Positions 20,887 through 28,867 of a stretch of 64,000 bases of DNA are shown one piece after another. Position numbers and translations under genes: made by a program. Where the stretch lies: positions 1 through 64,000 of IMG/VR virus record IMGVR_UViG_3300028844_005216; one strand, given 5' to 3'. Position 1 is the stretch's first letter, and each line of letters starts with the position of its first letter. This DNA is from a virus. Under the pieces are notes generated by a model that had not been told where the DNA came from, did no database searches, and was given only the letters and a program-made list of their open reading frames with translations.

Positions 20887-21393
20887 ATGCCTTGGTTTAG
20901 TTTCTTACAACCAATCGAAACGTGGGAAAACTCAGAGCCACCGGACCCAGAGACTTGGCAATTTATAATGCAGGAACCTGATGCAAATGGGTGGCCGTCT
21001 AACCAAACAAATGTTCCGATCATAGCAGAATCATTCTACTTAAATTGTAACGAATCTTTTGTAGAAAACTTTTGTTATGATGAATTGAGGAAAAAAACAG
21101 ACGAGATCGACCCATTTCTCGATCCCGCACAATCAGAAATAGATTACTGTGTTACCGTAAACTTGAACAGGTGTGTTGAGGTATTCACAGATGATCTTCC
21201 ATATCAAAATGGGTGGTTACAGGCAAGATCATGTGATATAAATCAAGCATCATGCTCACGCTGGTCAAAAGCCACAGTCGTTTCTGAACCAAGTTTTGCC
21301 CTTACATTAACAGTAGTAATTTTGGGTATCGCAGTTTTTCGTATGTTGAAAAACAAAAAGCCCCCCACGCCGAAACGCGAGGGGCTTTTTTAG
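20887..21393 (+). CDS. Membrane-anchored protein with PEP-CTERM-like C-terminus
   Basis: C-terminal VVSEPSFALTLTVVILGIAVFRMLKNKK: xEP motif, hydrophobic helix and basic cluster. The acidic N-region contains 6 Cys. Confidence 0.55.
   Translation: MPWFSFLQPIETWENSEPPDPETWQFIMQEPDANGWPSNQTNVPIIAESFYLNCNESFVENFCYDELRKKTDEIDPFLDPAQSEIDYCVTVNLNRCVEVFTDDLPYQNGWLQARSCDINQASCSRWSKATVVSEPSFALTLTVVILGIAVFRMLKNKKPPTPKREGLF
21355..21391. terminator. Bidirectional intrinsic terminator
   Basis: AAAAAGCCCC-ccacgccgaaacgcga-GGGGCTTTTT between the convergent late operon and gp32. Confidence 0.8.
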
Positions 21394-21405
21394 TCGAAGA
21401 CTATA

Positions 21406-22269
21406 TTAAACGTCTTCTGCCAACTTCTTGAAATAATCAAGACCACCATCGGACTCATCAGCCGAAACCGACTCTTGGTAATTCGCAACAGGCTCATCAA
21501 AAGATTCTGTTGCTGACGTGGAAACGTCAGACCCACCAATAACAAGCTCAAAGCGAGTCTTCAGATCTTCATACGACTTGAACTGATCAGGTGCAATCAA
21601 TTCTTGGAGTGAATGTTGCGTGTTCCAAACACGCTCAAGCTCACCATCGTCGTCGAAAAGCGCAGAAGAAGAATCAAACTCCGACTTATCATATGATCGG
21701 AATCCTTCCTTTTTGCGAGCGCGGAGTCTGAAGTTGCACCCATTCCAAAGGTCAAAAGGATTCACTGGAGTCTCATCCTCAAAAGACGGCTTCATCTTAT
21801 CGTCGAGAAGATCGAAAATAGACTTACCATACTTGAAGAGAAAAACCTTTCCCTCATTTTCCGGGTTGGCAGGATCGCTAACAACAAAAATGTTAGAGAT
21901 GTACTTGCTCTGACGCTTCTGCTTTCGCGCAACGTCCTTATCAGATTCAATACCAGAGTTCCACTTCTGGGAATTGTATTCCGAAACCGGATCATCCTTA
22001 CCGAGAGTAGTTAGAGAGTTCTCGATATACCATCCACCAGTCGGACCCTGAAAAGCATGTTGAAAGAGTCGAACCCACGGAACAGTTTCACCCTTTGATG
22101 CAGGAAGAAACCGAATGATCGCATGACCATTCTGAGACTTATCCACATCCAACTTCCAATACCGATCATCCTCGTAAGAAGTCTTGCTATTAATCTTTCC
22201 AAGCTCTGCGGAAAGGTCATTCAAGCTACTTGCGCTTGTCTTCTTGAGTTGGCTAAATGATGCTGACAT
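21406..22269 (-). CDS. gp32: Single-stranded DNA-binding protein gp32
   Basis: DDRYWKL..DK..NG.AIIRFLP, HAFQGP.GGWYIENSLTTLG..DPV, PENEGKVFLFKYGK, NPFDLW.G.NF, acidic tail ending YFKKLAED. Confidence 0.97.
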   Translation of the reverse strand: MSASFSQLKKTSASSLNDLSAELGKINSKTSYEDDRYWKLDVDKSQNGHAIIRFLPASKGETVPWVRLFQHAFQGPTGGWYIENSLTTLGKDDPVSEYNSQKWNSGIESDKDVARKQKRQSKYISNIFVVSDPANPENEGKVFLFKYGKSIFDLLDDKMKPSFEDETPVNPFDLWNGCNFRLRARKKEGFRSYDKSEFDSSSALFDDDGELERVWNTQHSLQELIAPDQFKSYEDLKTRFELVIGGSDVSTSATESFDEPVANYQESVSADESDGGLDYFKKLAEDV

Positions 22270-22280
22270 AATATTACCTC

Positions 22281-22340
22281 GTTTTTTTTTATTTTTTTTT
22301 ATTTTTTTTTTATTTTTTAGTGTATAGTTGTTTTTTTTCT
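22281..22340 (-). promoter_or_regulatory. A-rich unstructured gp32 leader (candidate autogenous translational operator)
   Basis: The minus strand reads as T-separated runs of about 6-10 A immediately before the SD GAGG and the gp32 ATG. Confidence 0.6.
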
Positions 22341-22392
22341 TAATGCTTTATATATATCTAAATCATCTTCCTCCTCAGAATCTTCATGATTA

Positions 22393-22590
22393 TCATTTGT
22401 AGGTCGATACCAAATCAACAGACTCGATCACGGTATCTCTTAGTTTTGTATTCTCTTCTTCAAGATCCAAAATCATGTGCTTTTGCAATACCACCATATC
22501 CTCTAAATCACTAACGCGCTTACGAAATGAAAAACTCTGTTTAATTCTACTAGAGAATCTTATAATCATATTTTTAAATGACACTAGCAA
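22393..22590 (-). CDS. Hypothetical coiled-coil protein
   Basis: Fills the gp59-gp32 gap; start and C-terminus uncertain. Confidence 0.5.
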   Translation of the reverse strand: MLVSFKNMIIRFSSRIKQSFSFRKRVSDLEDMVVLQKHMILDLEEENTKLRDTVIESVDLVSTYK

Positions 22591-23215
22591 ATTCCTTCCA
22601 AAGTATTTCCTTGAACTTATTGCGCTGAGACACGCTGAAGTTTAGAAATGGCGTATATTTAATACACATGTGATAAAAATCATCCCATATAACATCCCCA
22701 CTCAACTCACGTTCCCAATGTCTAAAGCACCCCAAAACCAAATCAACACCAATAAGAGTTTCTAACGAAATTGTTCCCTCTGTGTGAAATTCAAATAGCT
22801 GCGGGTACTCATCGGACTTAGTAAGAAACAATTGATTGAAATCCTGATCGACTTGTTGCAAATGGTTCATGTTCGACTTAATGGAGAGTATATCAGACTG
22901 GAACTGATAAGTCAATGATTGTTTCATCTTTTTCCAATCAAGATATGTTTTTTCACACGCAGCATTTTTCGCAAGTTCCCCAATCCAAATATCCCGGTTT
23001 TTAATTAAATTGGAGACGTAGAATATAATCAACTCATCTCCCTCATATTTGCGGGACACCTTCTCGAAGAAAAATCGGTCTTTCTTTGTCTTAAAGGTAT
23101 TTAGGTTAGAACGAACCTTTCCTTTATATTTGAAGAAGTCATAAGAGGTGCTTGTAAAATGTTGCTTCATAGCGATAAACTTATTGTAAGCATTAAACGC
23201 TGTTGCTTCGGACAT
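22574..23215 (-). CDS. gp59: Helicase loader gp59
   Basis: K.HFT..SYDFFKY.GK, KDRFFFEK, WIGEL, ISLETL, KYTPFL. Confidence 0.92.
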   Translation of the reverse strand: MSEATAFNAYNKFIAMKQHFTSTSYDFFKYKGKVRSNLNTFKTKKDRFFFEKVSRKYEGDELIIFYVSNLIKNRDIWIGELAKNAACEKTYLDWKKMKQSLTYQFQSDILSIKSNMNHLQQVDQDFNQLFLTKSDEYPQLFEFHTEGTISLETLIGVDLVLGCFRHWERELSGDVIWDDFYHMCIKYTPFLNFSVSQRNKFKEILWKEFASVI

Positions 23216-23223
23216 TTTGTCTC

Positions 23224-23466
23224 CTACAGAGGCAATTTTGAACGTCGTGGTAAGAAGTTTAGATCTCGGGCTTCCGCCTCAACCTTAGCTTTAATGTTTT
23301 TGTTCAGAAGACCCGCTGCCTTTTCTGGTTCAATATTTCTTTTGTTCGCATTGAACACGATTGCATCCATGTAAGATAGTTTTTCATTGTAAACTATATG
23401 TTCCACTTCCATAGAGAAAGTGTTTGAAAGTTCCCTTTTACTCAACATGATAATTTCCTCACTCAT
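23224..23466 (-). CDS. gp33: Late transcription coactivator gp33
   Basis: FS.EVE.IV....SYMDAIV.....IEPE....L....K.KVEAEA..LNFL..SKLPL. Confidence 0.92.
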   Translation of the reverse strand: MSEEIIMLSKRELSNTFSMEVEHIVYNEKLSYMDAIVFNANKRNIEPEKAAGLLNKNIKAKVEAEARDLNFLPRRSKLPL

Positions 23467-24025
23467 AAAAAATGTGTTGATCTATTTGTGCAACCTGCTG
23501 CATACGCTTCGACCAGCCCGGACTAACATAGTCAGCGTGATAGTGCATAACATCATCGAAGTTAATAAACTCTGCCCGTCCTTCTAAAATATCCTTAGCA
23601 AGTTTCTGGGATGTCTCCCATGCTCGATCATCCCTTGGGACATCAGACTTCCCATCATCCACCCAAGAAAACTGACTCTTCTGATTGACCACTTCACAAA
23701 TCGTATTAGGGTATCGTTCGCTGGCAACACGATTCATAACCACCAAACCAACTGCGAGCTTTCCGATAGAAGATTGATTCCCTGCCTCAAAGTAGATGTT
23801 ACGAGAAAGACAATCTAAGTCTTGAACATTATAATTAACATAACGCTTCTCGCTATTAGTCTTCTTGCGTGGTCTTGATACGTTCATGTGAATGTGGGTG
23901 TGTGTGACCGATCTCTCCTTTTCTACGATTGTTTCACTTGACCAATTTTGACCCACAACAAAACCAATACACACAAATACCAAAAAAGCCATAAGAGCAA
24001 TAGTTGTTTCTATAAAGGTCTTCAT
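23459..24025 (-). CDS. Cell wall hydrolase, SleB/Hydrolase_2 family, with N-terminal TM
   Basis: CLSRNIYFEA, AVGLVVMNRV...YPNTIC.VV.Q..QFSW, HYHADYVSP.W, IDQHIFY. Confidence 0.9.
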   Translation of the reverse strand: MKTFIETTIALMAFLVFVCIGFVVGQNWSSETIVEKERSVTHTHIHMNVSRPRKKTNSEKRYVNYNVQDLDCLSRNIYFEAGNQSSIGKLAVGLVVMNRVASERYPNTICEVVNQKSQFSWVDDGKSDVPRDDRAWETSQKLAKDILEGRAEFINFDDVMHYHADYVSPGWSKRMQQVAQIDQHIFYE

Positions 24026-24029
24026 AACC

Positions 24030-24170
24030 TTACCTCACAAAAAGATCCCAAAGGAAATCGAAAACAGCAACACCGACGAAAATCATTATGAGTGGGTCGT
24101 TGTATACGGAAAGAAAAACTCCCCACCAGTCTGTATCAGTCCAACTCCATCCATGCTTATACCATTTCAT
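24030..24170 (-). CDS. Small Trp-rich membrane protein (46 aa)
   Basis: Translated by hand: MKWYKHGWSWTDTDWWGVFLSVYNDPLIMIFVGVAVFDFLWDLFVR*. Fills the gap between the exonuclease and the hydrolase. Confidence 0.55.
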   Translation of the reverse strand: MKWYKHGWSWTDTDWWGVFLSVYNDPLIMIFVGVAVFDFLWDLFVR

Positions 24171-24834
24171 CTCTATACCTCTTGATCGTATCTTTCAACG
24201 GCTGAATCCAATCTTTGACTGGAGAGGGGAACGCTTGCATCTTTGGCATGTTGCCAGCAACAGAAATCAAAATAAGACCATGATCAATTTTAATTCCTGT
24301 CAACTCTTCATACATAACTGAATAACCAGCACACTGCATATAGTAATTTGAAATCCAATTTTCCCTCTTTGGTTTAGCAGAAGTCTTAAAGTCAATGATC
24401 GCAGGAATCCCCATCCATTCACCAATCAAATCAACCCTTCCAGCAATACCCAATGAAACAGAATAAAGAGGAACCTCTACATGATAAACCTTCGTGAGAT
24501 ATTTTTCCAAACTCGGTTTCAGAACATTGAACATTTCGATTGATGTGGGCTGTTGATTCGTGATCAGTTGCTCTTCATTGTTCACGAACCGTTCGCACAA
24601 ATCATGGACTTCGTTTCCGCGAAAGCGTGCTTTCAAAGAAACACTATCTGCTTCTTCAGTTCCGACCCGCTTCCTCCACTTTGCAATAGAATCTTTTGAA
24701 TTGACAGAGAGAACCGAAGTGATGCTAGGACACAAAACCCCCGGCTCCACCTCATAAAATCTGTCTCCATTATTATAAGAAACACTTAACGGTGAATACT
24801 TCAAATTAATTGGGGGCTCATGTACGAACGGCAT
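24157..24834 (-). CDS. PD-(D/E)XK exonuclease
   Basis: PSITSVLS, WRKRVG.EEA, RG..VH, E.PLYS...IAGRVDLI, IIDFKTS, Y.MQ..GY. Confidence 0.9.
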   Translation of the reverse strand: MPFVHEPPINLKYSPLSVSYNNGDRFYEVEPGVLCPSITSVLSVNSKDSIAKWRKRVGTEEADSVSLKARFRGNEVHDLCERFVNNEEQLITNQQPTSIEMFNVLKPSLEKYLTKVYHVEVPLYSVSLGIAGRVDLIGEWMGIPAIIDFKTSAKPKRENWISNYYMQCAGYSVMYEELTGIKIDHGLILISVAGNMPKMQAFPSPVKDWIQPLKDTIKRYRDEMV

Positions 24835-24835
24835 A

Positions 24836-25198
24836 TCACTCTCCTACTCTTGGTTTACCCTTTAATTTATCATGAACTGTGGTCTTAATTTCATGCTTAG
24901 TCAACGGCTTCTGTTTAGTCTTTTCCCGATTTTCTAACCGACCTTCTATCTCGTATCGTGTTCCCTTAATACCACTAGCTTCATTAATTTTGGCAACCAC
25001 TTCATTATATGAATTATCGGGTTTTGTTATACCAAGGTTAACAGAATCTCCTATCATAACATTACCAAGCAATTGTCGAACAGAATCTTCACCACATTCA
25101 GGACAACCATTATCTATAGGAATCTTACGGTCGGCGATCCGATGAACTTCAGTAAATCCGCTGCCACATGACTCACACTCGTAATCATACCAAGGCAT
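24836..25198 (-). CDS. FmdB-family zinc ribbon protein
   Basis: [12 protein letters not shown]...CPECG. Confidence 0.85.
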   Translation of the reverse strand: MPWYDYECESCGSGFTEVHRIADRKIPIDNGCPECGEDSVRQLLGNVMIGDSVNLGITKPDNSYNEVVAKINEASGIKGTRYEIEGRLENREKTKQKPLTKHEIKTTVHDKLKGKPRVGE

Positions 25199-25422
25199 CA
25201 GTACCCATCCTTATACCAACCTTTGCCCTTGAGGACAAAACTGGTGTTGGAAATTAATCGTTTGACTGGCGCTTTACAGCACTCATCGACCAAAATAGAA
25301 TCTGGCGGCGGGATATCTCCCGCACCATCATGAACTGGACAGCACTCAAGAGGCTCTTCTTTAATTCCTTGCCAATACTCAAACACATGCCCGTCTTCAC
25401 ACTCATAGTCATACCTCGGCAT
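25198..25422 (-). CDS. FmdB-family zinc ribbon protein
   Basis: [16 protein letters not shown]...PL..CP ... VKRLIS...[12 protein letters not shown]. Confidence 0.85.
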   Translation of the reverse strand: MPRYDYECEDGHVFEYWQGIKEEPLECCPVHDGAGDIPPPDSILVDECCKAPVKRLISNTSFVLKGKGWYKDGY

Positions 25423-25612
25423 TCTTTTTTGCCTTGCGCTTTCGCTTCTGAGGTTTTTCCCCAGAGTCAGCCTTAACGCCAGCGTCTTTACGACGCTTCA
25501 GCCATCGCTGAATATTTTCGTTATAATCCTCGGCAATTTCAATTGCCTCATCAAGAGAAACGATACCCCTCTTCACCTTCTGGCGAAGACCCATCTTATT
25601 TTCATCAGACAT
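25409..25612 (-). CDS. Hypothetical basic protein
   Basis: SD GAGGAG before ATG 25612 (MSDENKMG...); Lys/Arg-rich C-terminus. Confidence 0.6.
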   Translation of the reverse strand: MSDENKMGLRQKVKRGIVSLDEAIEIAEDYNENIQRWLKRRKDAGVKADSGEKPQKRKRKAKKNAEV

Positions 25613-25808
25613 CGAAAATGTCCTCCTCAATTTTAAGTTCAATAGAATCAACAAAGCCTTCAACAAATCCACGATTCTTGATCCCAAACTCTACATTCGC
25701 TTTACCAACAACATAATCCTTTAGATTATTACCCCTGTAACCAGAAACAATTCCGTCGTTTATAAGATTAGAAAGAAGAATGCACCGTTCACTAACTCTA
25801 TTACCCAT
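25605..25808 (-). CDS. Hypothetical protein
   Basis: Tightly packed in the minus-strand operon. Confidence 0.55.
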   Translation of the reverse strand: MGNRVSERCILLSNLINDGIVSGYRGNNLKDYVVGKANVEFGIKNRGFVEGFVDSIELKIEEDIFDV

Positions 25809-26110
25809 TATATATCTCCCAAATTCCAGTCACAATTATTGCCCCAATCAAAATCAATTTTCAATTTTCTTTGTATTTTTTTCAAACTCCTTTGGTGCAA
25901 TTGGTTTCTCTTGTAGTAACTCAAATGCGTTAATTTACAAGACTCCACAATGGACTGCAATTCTTCAAAACTGAGATTGACTAAAGTTTCAAAAAGTTCA
26001 CTTCGAGATTCCTTCTCAATCAAAAATTCTAAAGGATTTACATCATAGCTAGGAAGACATCTAGCCTGTTGAAGATTAGACCAATACAAATCCTCGATCG
26101 AGGCTAACAT
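25808..26110 (-). CDS. Hypothetical protein
   Basis: Tightly packed in the minus-strand operon. Confidence 0.55.
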   Translation of the reverse strand: MLASIEDLYWSNLQQARCLPSYDVNPLEFLIEKESRSELFETLVNLSFEELQSIVESCKLTHLSYYKRNQLHQRSLKKIQRKLKIDFDWGNNCDWNLGDI

Positions 26111-26387
26111 CTAAACGACCCTTTTCTTTCTGATCAAAACAGTCAGGACAAGCATACTTGGCTTCCGAATGCATTCGATCATAATCTTTGTCAAGAACGA
26201 TTCGTCTCACTGCATAAGTTTCCTGATTGCAGAAATCACATACATACAACTCTTCACTAAATTCCTCCAACAAATCCATAGAGTTGGGTCGCGAATCATG
26301 CCTGCGAAGCCTGCGATCTCTCATTGGACCCGCAGAATTTCTAAAATGGGCACTAACAGCGTTCCAGTTTCTATTATTGGTATTCAT
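26076..26387 (-). CDS. Hypothetical Zn-finger protein
   Basis: CDFC...CPDC pair; basic N-terminal AGPMRDRRLRR. Confidence 0.6.
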   Translation of the reverse strand: MNTNNRNWNAVSAHFRNSAGPMRDRRLRRHDSRPNSMDLLEEFSEELYVCDFCNQETYAVRRIVLDKDYDRMHSEAKYACPDCFDQKEKGRLDVSLDRGFVLV

Positions 26388-26772
26388 TTCCCAACTCGTT
26401 TTGTTGTTTTGTTAATGATGCATTCAAAATATGACCTTCTCCACAATGTGAACATCTCTCATGCACCTCAACGCCGGAAGCAGGTTTGATCATAACTTGA
26501 TGATCAATAATCTCATCCAAAATAAGACCACTCTCAACCAAAGTTTCCATTGTGGAATTCATTCCATCCTCGTTTCCCCTGCTCCAAGAATTGAAAGCAA
26601 TAAGTATTGCCATGCCTGCCATAAATCCAATAATAAGCACAGACTCTAGAATGCTAAGTGAGCTGTATGAAAGGAATAAAATAAACCCAACCGTTGCTAG
26701 GTAAGGAAACCATACATCAAGAAAAAATGTATACCAGTTCGTCAATGTTCTCGTCTCTACTTGGTCGCTCAT
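26374..26772 (-). CDS. Hypothetical membrane protein (2 TM)
   Basis: Start chosen at MSDQVE; two hydrophobic segments; CSHC. Confidence 0.6.
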   Translation of the reverse strand: MSDQVETRTLTNWYTFFLDVWFPYLATVGFILFLSYSSLSILESVLIIGFMAGMAILIAFNSWSRGNEDGMNSTMETLVESGLILDEIIDHQVMIKPASGVEVHERCSHCGEGHILNASLTKQQNELGNEYQ

Positions 26773-27265
26773 AATTATTCTTTGCCTCTTCAATCTGCTC
26801 AAAACTACAGCCCCTAAGCCGGAGTTCTTCGTCAGAGAGTTCCCATGCAATCACAACCTTGTGGTATGCATCAGGAAACATTCCAAGAATTTTGTTTCTT
26901 TCTAATATAGTCAAATTTGTGTAATCGAAAATAAAAGACTCTCTTTGTTTAATCCGCTTGCGAACATCACGCATCTCTCGTGACATGGTTAACATTCCAT
27001 TTTTAAACAAATCATGATCAATGATATTTAGCTCAGCCGTTGGATCAACTGTGCTTTTTTTTCCAGACTCAGACCCACGAACTTGAAGACCGCTGGTTTC
27101 AATAAACCGCGACTTTCCGCATCCACGAGGACCGACTAATACATTCAAAGACGGTCCCTCTAGAGAATTTAACCAATCATCAATATCATTATCATCGGGC
27201 CAACCTCTGTGTATCTGTAAATCGTAAGGTTTGTTTAATACACTACTCATACCGTTAATATCCAT
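26717..27265 (-). CDS. P-loop kinase, AAA_33/polynucleotide-kinase-like
   Basis: Walker A LVGPRGCGKS; FIFDYTNL...R as in the PNK kinase-domain DxTN motif. Confidence 0.7.
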   Translation of the reverse strand: MDINGMSSVLNKPYDLQIHRGWPDDNDIDDWLNSLEGPSLNVLVGPRGCGKSRFIETSGLQVRGSESGKKSTVDPTAELNIIDHDLFKNGMLTMSREMRDVRKRIKQRESFIFDYTNLTILERNKILGMFPDAYHKVVIAWELSDEELRLRGCSFEQIEEAKNNYERPSRDENIDELVYIFS

Positions 27266-27275
27266 CTATAATAAA

Positions 27276-27620
27276 ATCGGGGACCGGGGAAATAAGTTAT
27301 CCCCTTGCACGAACAAGTAAGTTGTGTTCGCTGCCCCCGATCATTCCATCCATTTTTATTAACCCATTATACTAAAATTAAGCGGGAGGGTTGTTGCCGG
27401 TGGTCTTCGTGCGCTTGGCACATTACACAGGACTTAGCACAACTTCCCCTATCGGACCCAGTAGCCGCCATCAAAAAATGGATTTGTTAAGGTTATTAAA
27501 TTAAGTTGCTAACGCATTTAACCATACTCGCGAAATATCATAATCGCGAACCTCCTCATTTTCATGGTTTAGTGGGGGAATGGTAGCCTCACGGCATTTC
27601 CCATATCTTAACCATCCCAA
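27276..27620 (-). ncRNA. Candidate structured non-coding RNA region
   Basis: Intergenic stretch of about 350 nt with several stems whose G-U pairs and GNRA loop work on the minus strand (see findings). No family recognised. Confidence 0.45.
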
Positions 27621-27622
27621 GC

Positions 27623-27835
27623 TCAAGGATCAGAAGAAAATTCTTCTTCAAATTCATATTCATCATATTCACCTGAAAGAACAGCATCTACTAAATTCTT
27701 CTCTGCGGTGCGACGGTTCTTCTTTTGCTTTTTCTTAGACTCTCGTCGATATGCATAATCATCATCGTCATCCAAATGCCTATTCTTAACACGATCCCGA
27801 TTTGTTCTACCCATTTTTACATTAAAACTCCGCAA
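27623..27835 (-). CDS. Hypothetical charged protein
   Basis: Highly charged ORF downstream of RNase H. Confidence 0.6.
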   Translation of the reverse strand: MRSFNVKMGRTNRDRVKNRHLDDDDDYAYRRESKKKQKKNRRTAEKNLVDAVLSGEYDEYEFEEEFSSDP

Positions 27836-28667
27836 TATGTTCCATTAGATTAGAAAGACGCATATCAACAAAATAAGGAAATACCAATTCGCGTCCCTGT
27901 TCAGGGGCTTTTTCAAATACTCGCACGATATCCTTCTCCAAATCTTCGGGAATATATTCAAAGTCAATTAGACGACGATTCCGATCAAATCCGATATCAC
28001 CATTCTTGTAATCAACCTTACCCTTTTGCATCCATTCATTGAGTCTCTTCTTTGTGATTGGAGTTTGACGATCTCCAGACACAAATGTAGAATCTTTGCT
28101 CAGACAATTTGGAATACCGTCACTCGTATCACCACGAACAATATGCTCAAACAGAAACTCTTGTGGATTGTCCGTCCGAAGAAACTTCTTCTGAACAGGA
28201 GAATATTGTTTTACGTTATCGTATTTTTGCAATTGCATGAAATCCTTATCACCAGACAAAATCAAAACCCCTTCGTCCTTCGACCATTGTTTTGCCAAAA
28301 CAGCAATAATATCATCTGCTTCAGCCTTCTCAAGATGAACTACCTTATAAGGCATTCGTTCATCAAGTTCTTGTCTGATTTTATTTAGGGTTTCAAAAAT
28401 GTGGTTCCAGTCATAACCAGAGGCAGCGCGTGTCTTCTTTCGGTTGCGCTTGTAATAAGGAAATGCTTCTCGCCGCCATGTATTGCGACCATCGCAGCAA
28501 ATGACAAGCTCGCCAAACTCTTCTGTAAATTTGTTTCTATTAAAGCGAAGTGAATTGAGGATCATATGCCGAAGCATATTTTCGTCTACTATATCCAACT
28601 GATTCATTTTTAAATTGATCATCAGATTGGATATTGCAACTTGATTGAAGTCAACTAGGATAGGCAT
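27822..28667 (-). CDS. rnh: T4-type RNase H (5'-3' exonuclease)
   Basis: ILVDFNQ, RHMILNS, WRR..FPYYK..RK, EADDIIA, ILSGDKDFMQL, GD.SDGIPN. Confidence 0.95.
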   Translation of the reverse strand: MPILVDFNQVAISNLMINLKMNQLDIVDENMLRHMILNSLRFNRNKFTEEFGELVICCDGRNTWRREAFPYYKRNRKKTRAASGYDWNHIFETLNKIRQELDERMPYKVVHLEKAEADDIIAVLAKQWSKDEGVLILSGDKDFMQLQKYDNVKQYSPVQKKFLRTDNPQEFLFEHIVRGDTSDGIPNCLSKDSTFVSGDRQTPITKKRLNEWMQKGKVDYKNGDIGFDRNRRLIDFEYIPEDLEKDIVRVFEKAPEQGRELVFPYFVDMRLSNLMEHIAEF

Positions 28668-28669
28668 TT

Positions 28670-28867
28670 CTATCTCCCGATATCGCGAGCCATTGTTCGA
28701 CTCGTAATATACTGATATGCACCTTTGTTAAACGCAGGCGCGACTCGTCTTGATTTTTCTCTTGCTTCACGGTTTGCATCAACCGCACCACAATCCAAAC
28801 ACGTCTTGTACCCAAGAGCATCACGTCTCGGGTCCACCTCTTCTTCACAACGAACACATTCGATCAC
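28670..28867 (-). CDS. DksA/TraR-like C4 zinc finger protein
   Basis: CVRC.E.V..RR.ALG...CLDCG...P..NKGAYQYIT. Confidence 0.7.
   Translation of the reverse strand: MIECVRCEEEVDPRRDALGYKTCLDCGAVDANREAREKSRRVAPAFNKGAYQYITSRTMARDIGR

Noticed and set aside
24157-24834. Cas4 / CRISPR system
   Set aside because: An ordinary T4-like PD-(D/E)XK exonuclease without the Fe-S cysteine cluster; no repeat-spacer array seen anywhere in the window.
27385-27450. Hammerhead or twister ribozyme in the rod RNA (CUG...GAA; UAA...CAAGC)
   Set aside because: The hammerhead core CUGANGA/GAAA and stem III are absent, and the twister L4 loop and T1 pseudoknot partners are missing.
27501-27620. tmRNA (frame ending ...NALAT*)
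   Set aside because: No tRNA-like acceptor/T-arm ends (GGGG...UUCRA...CCA) found nearby in either the standard or the permuted order.
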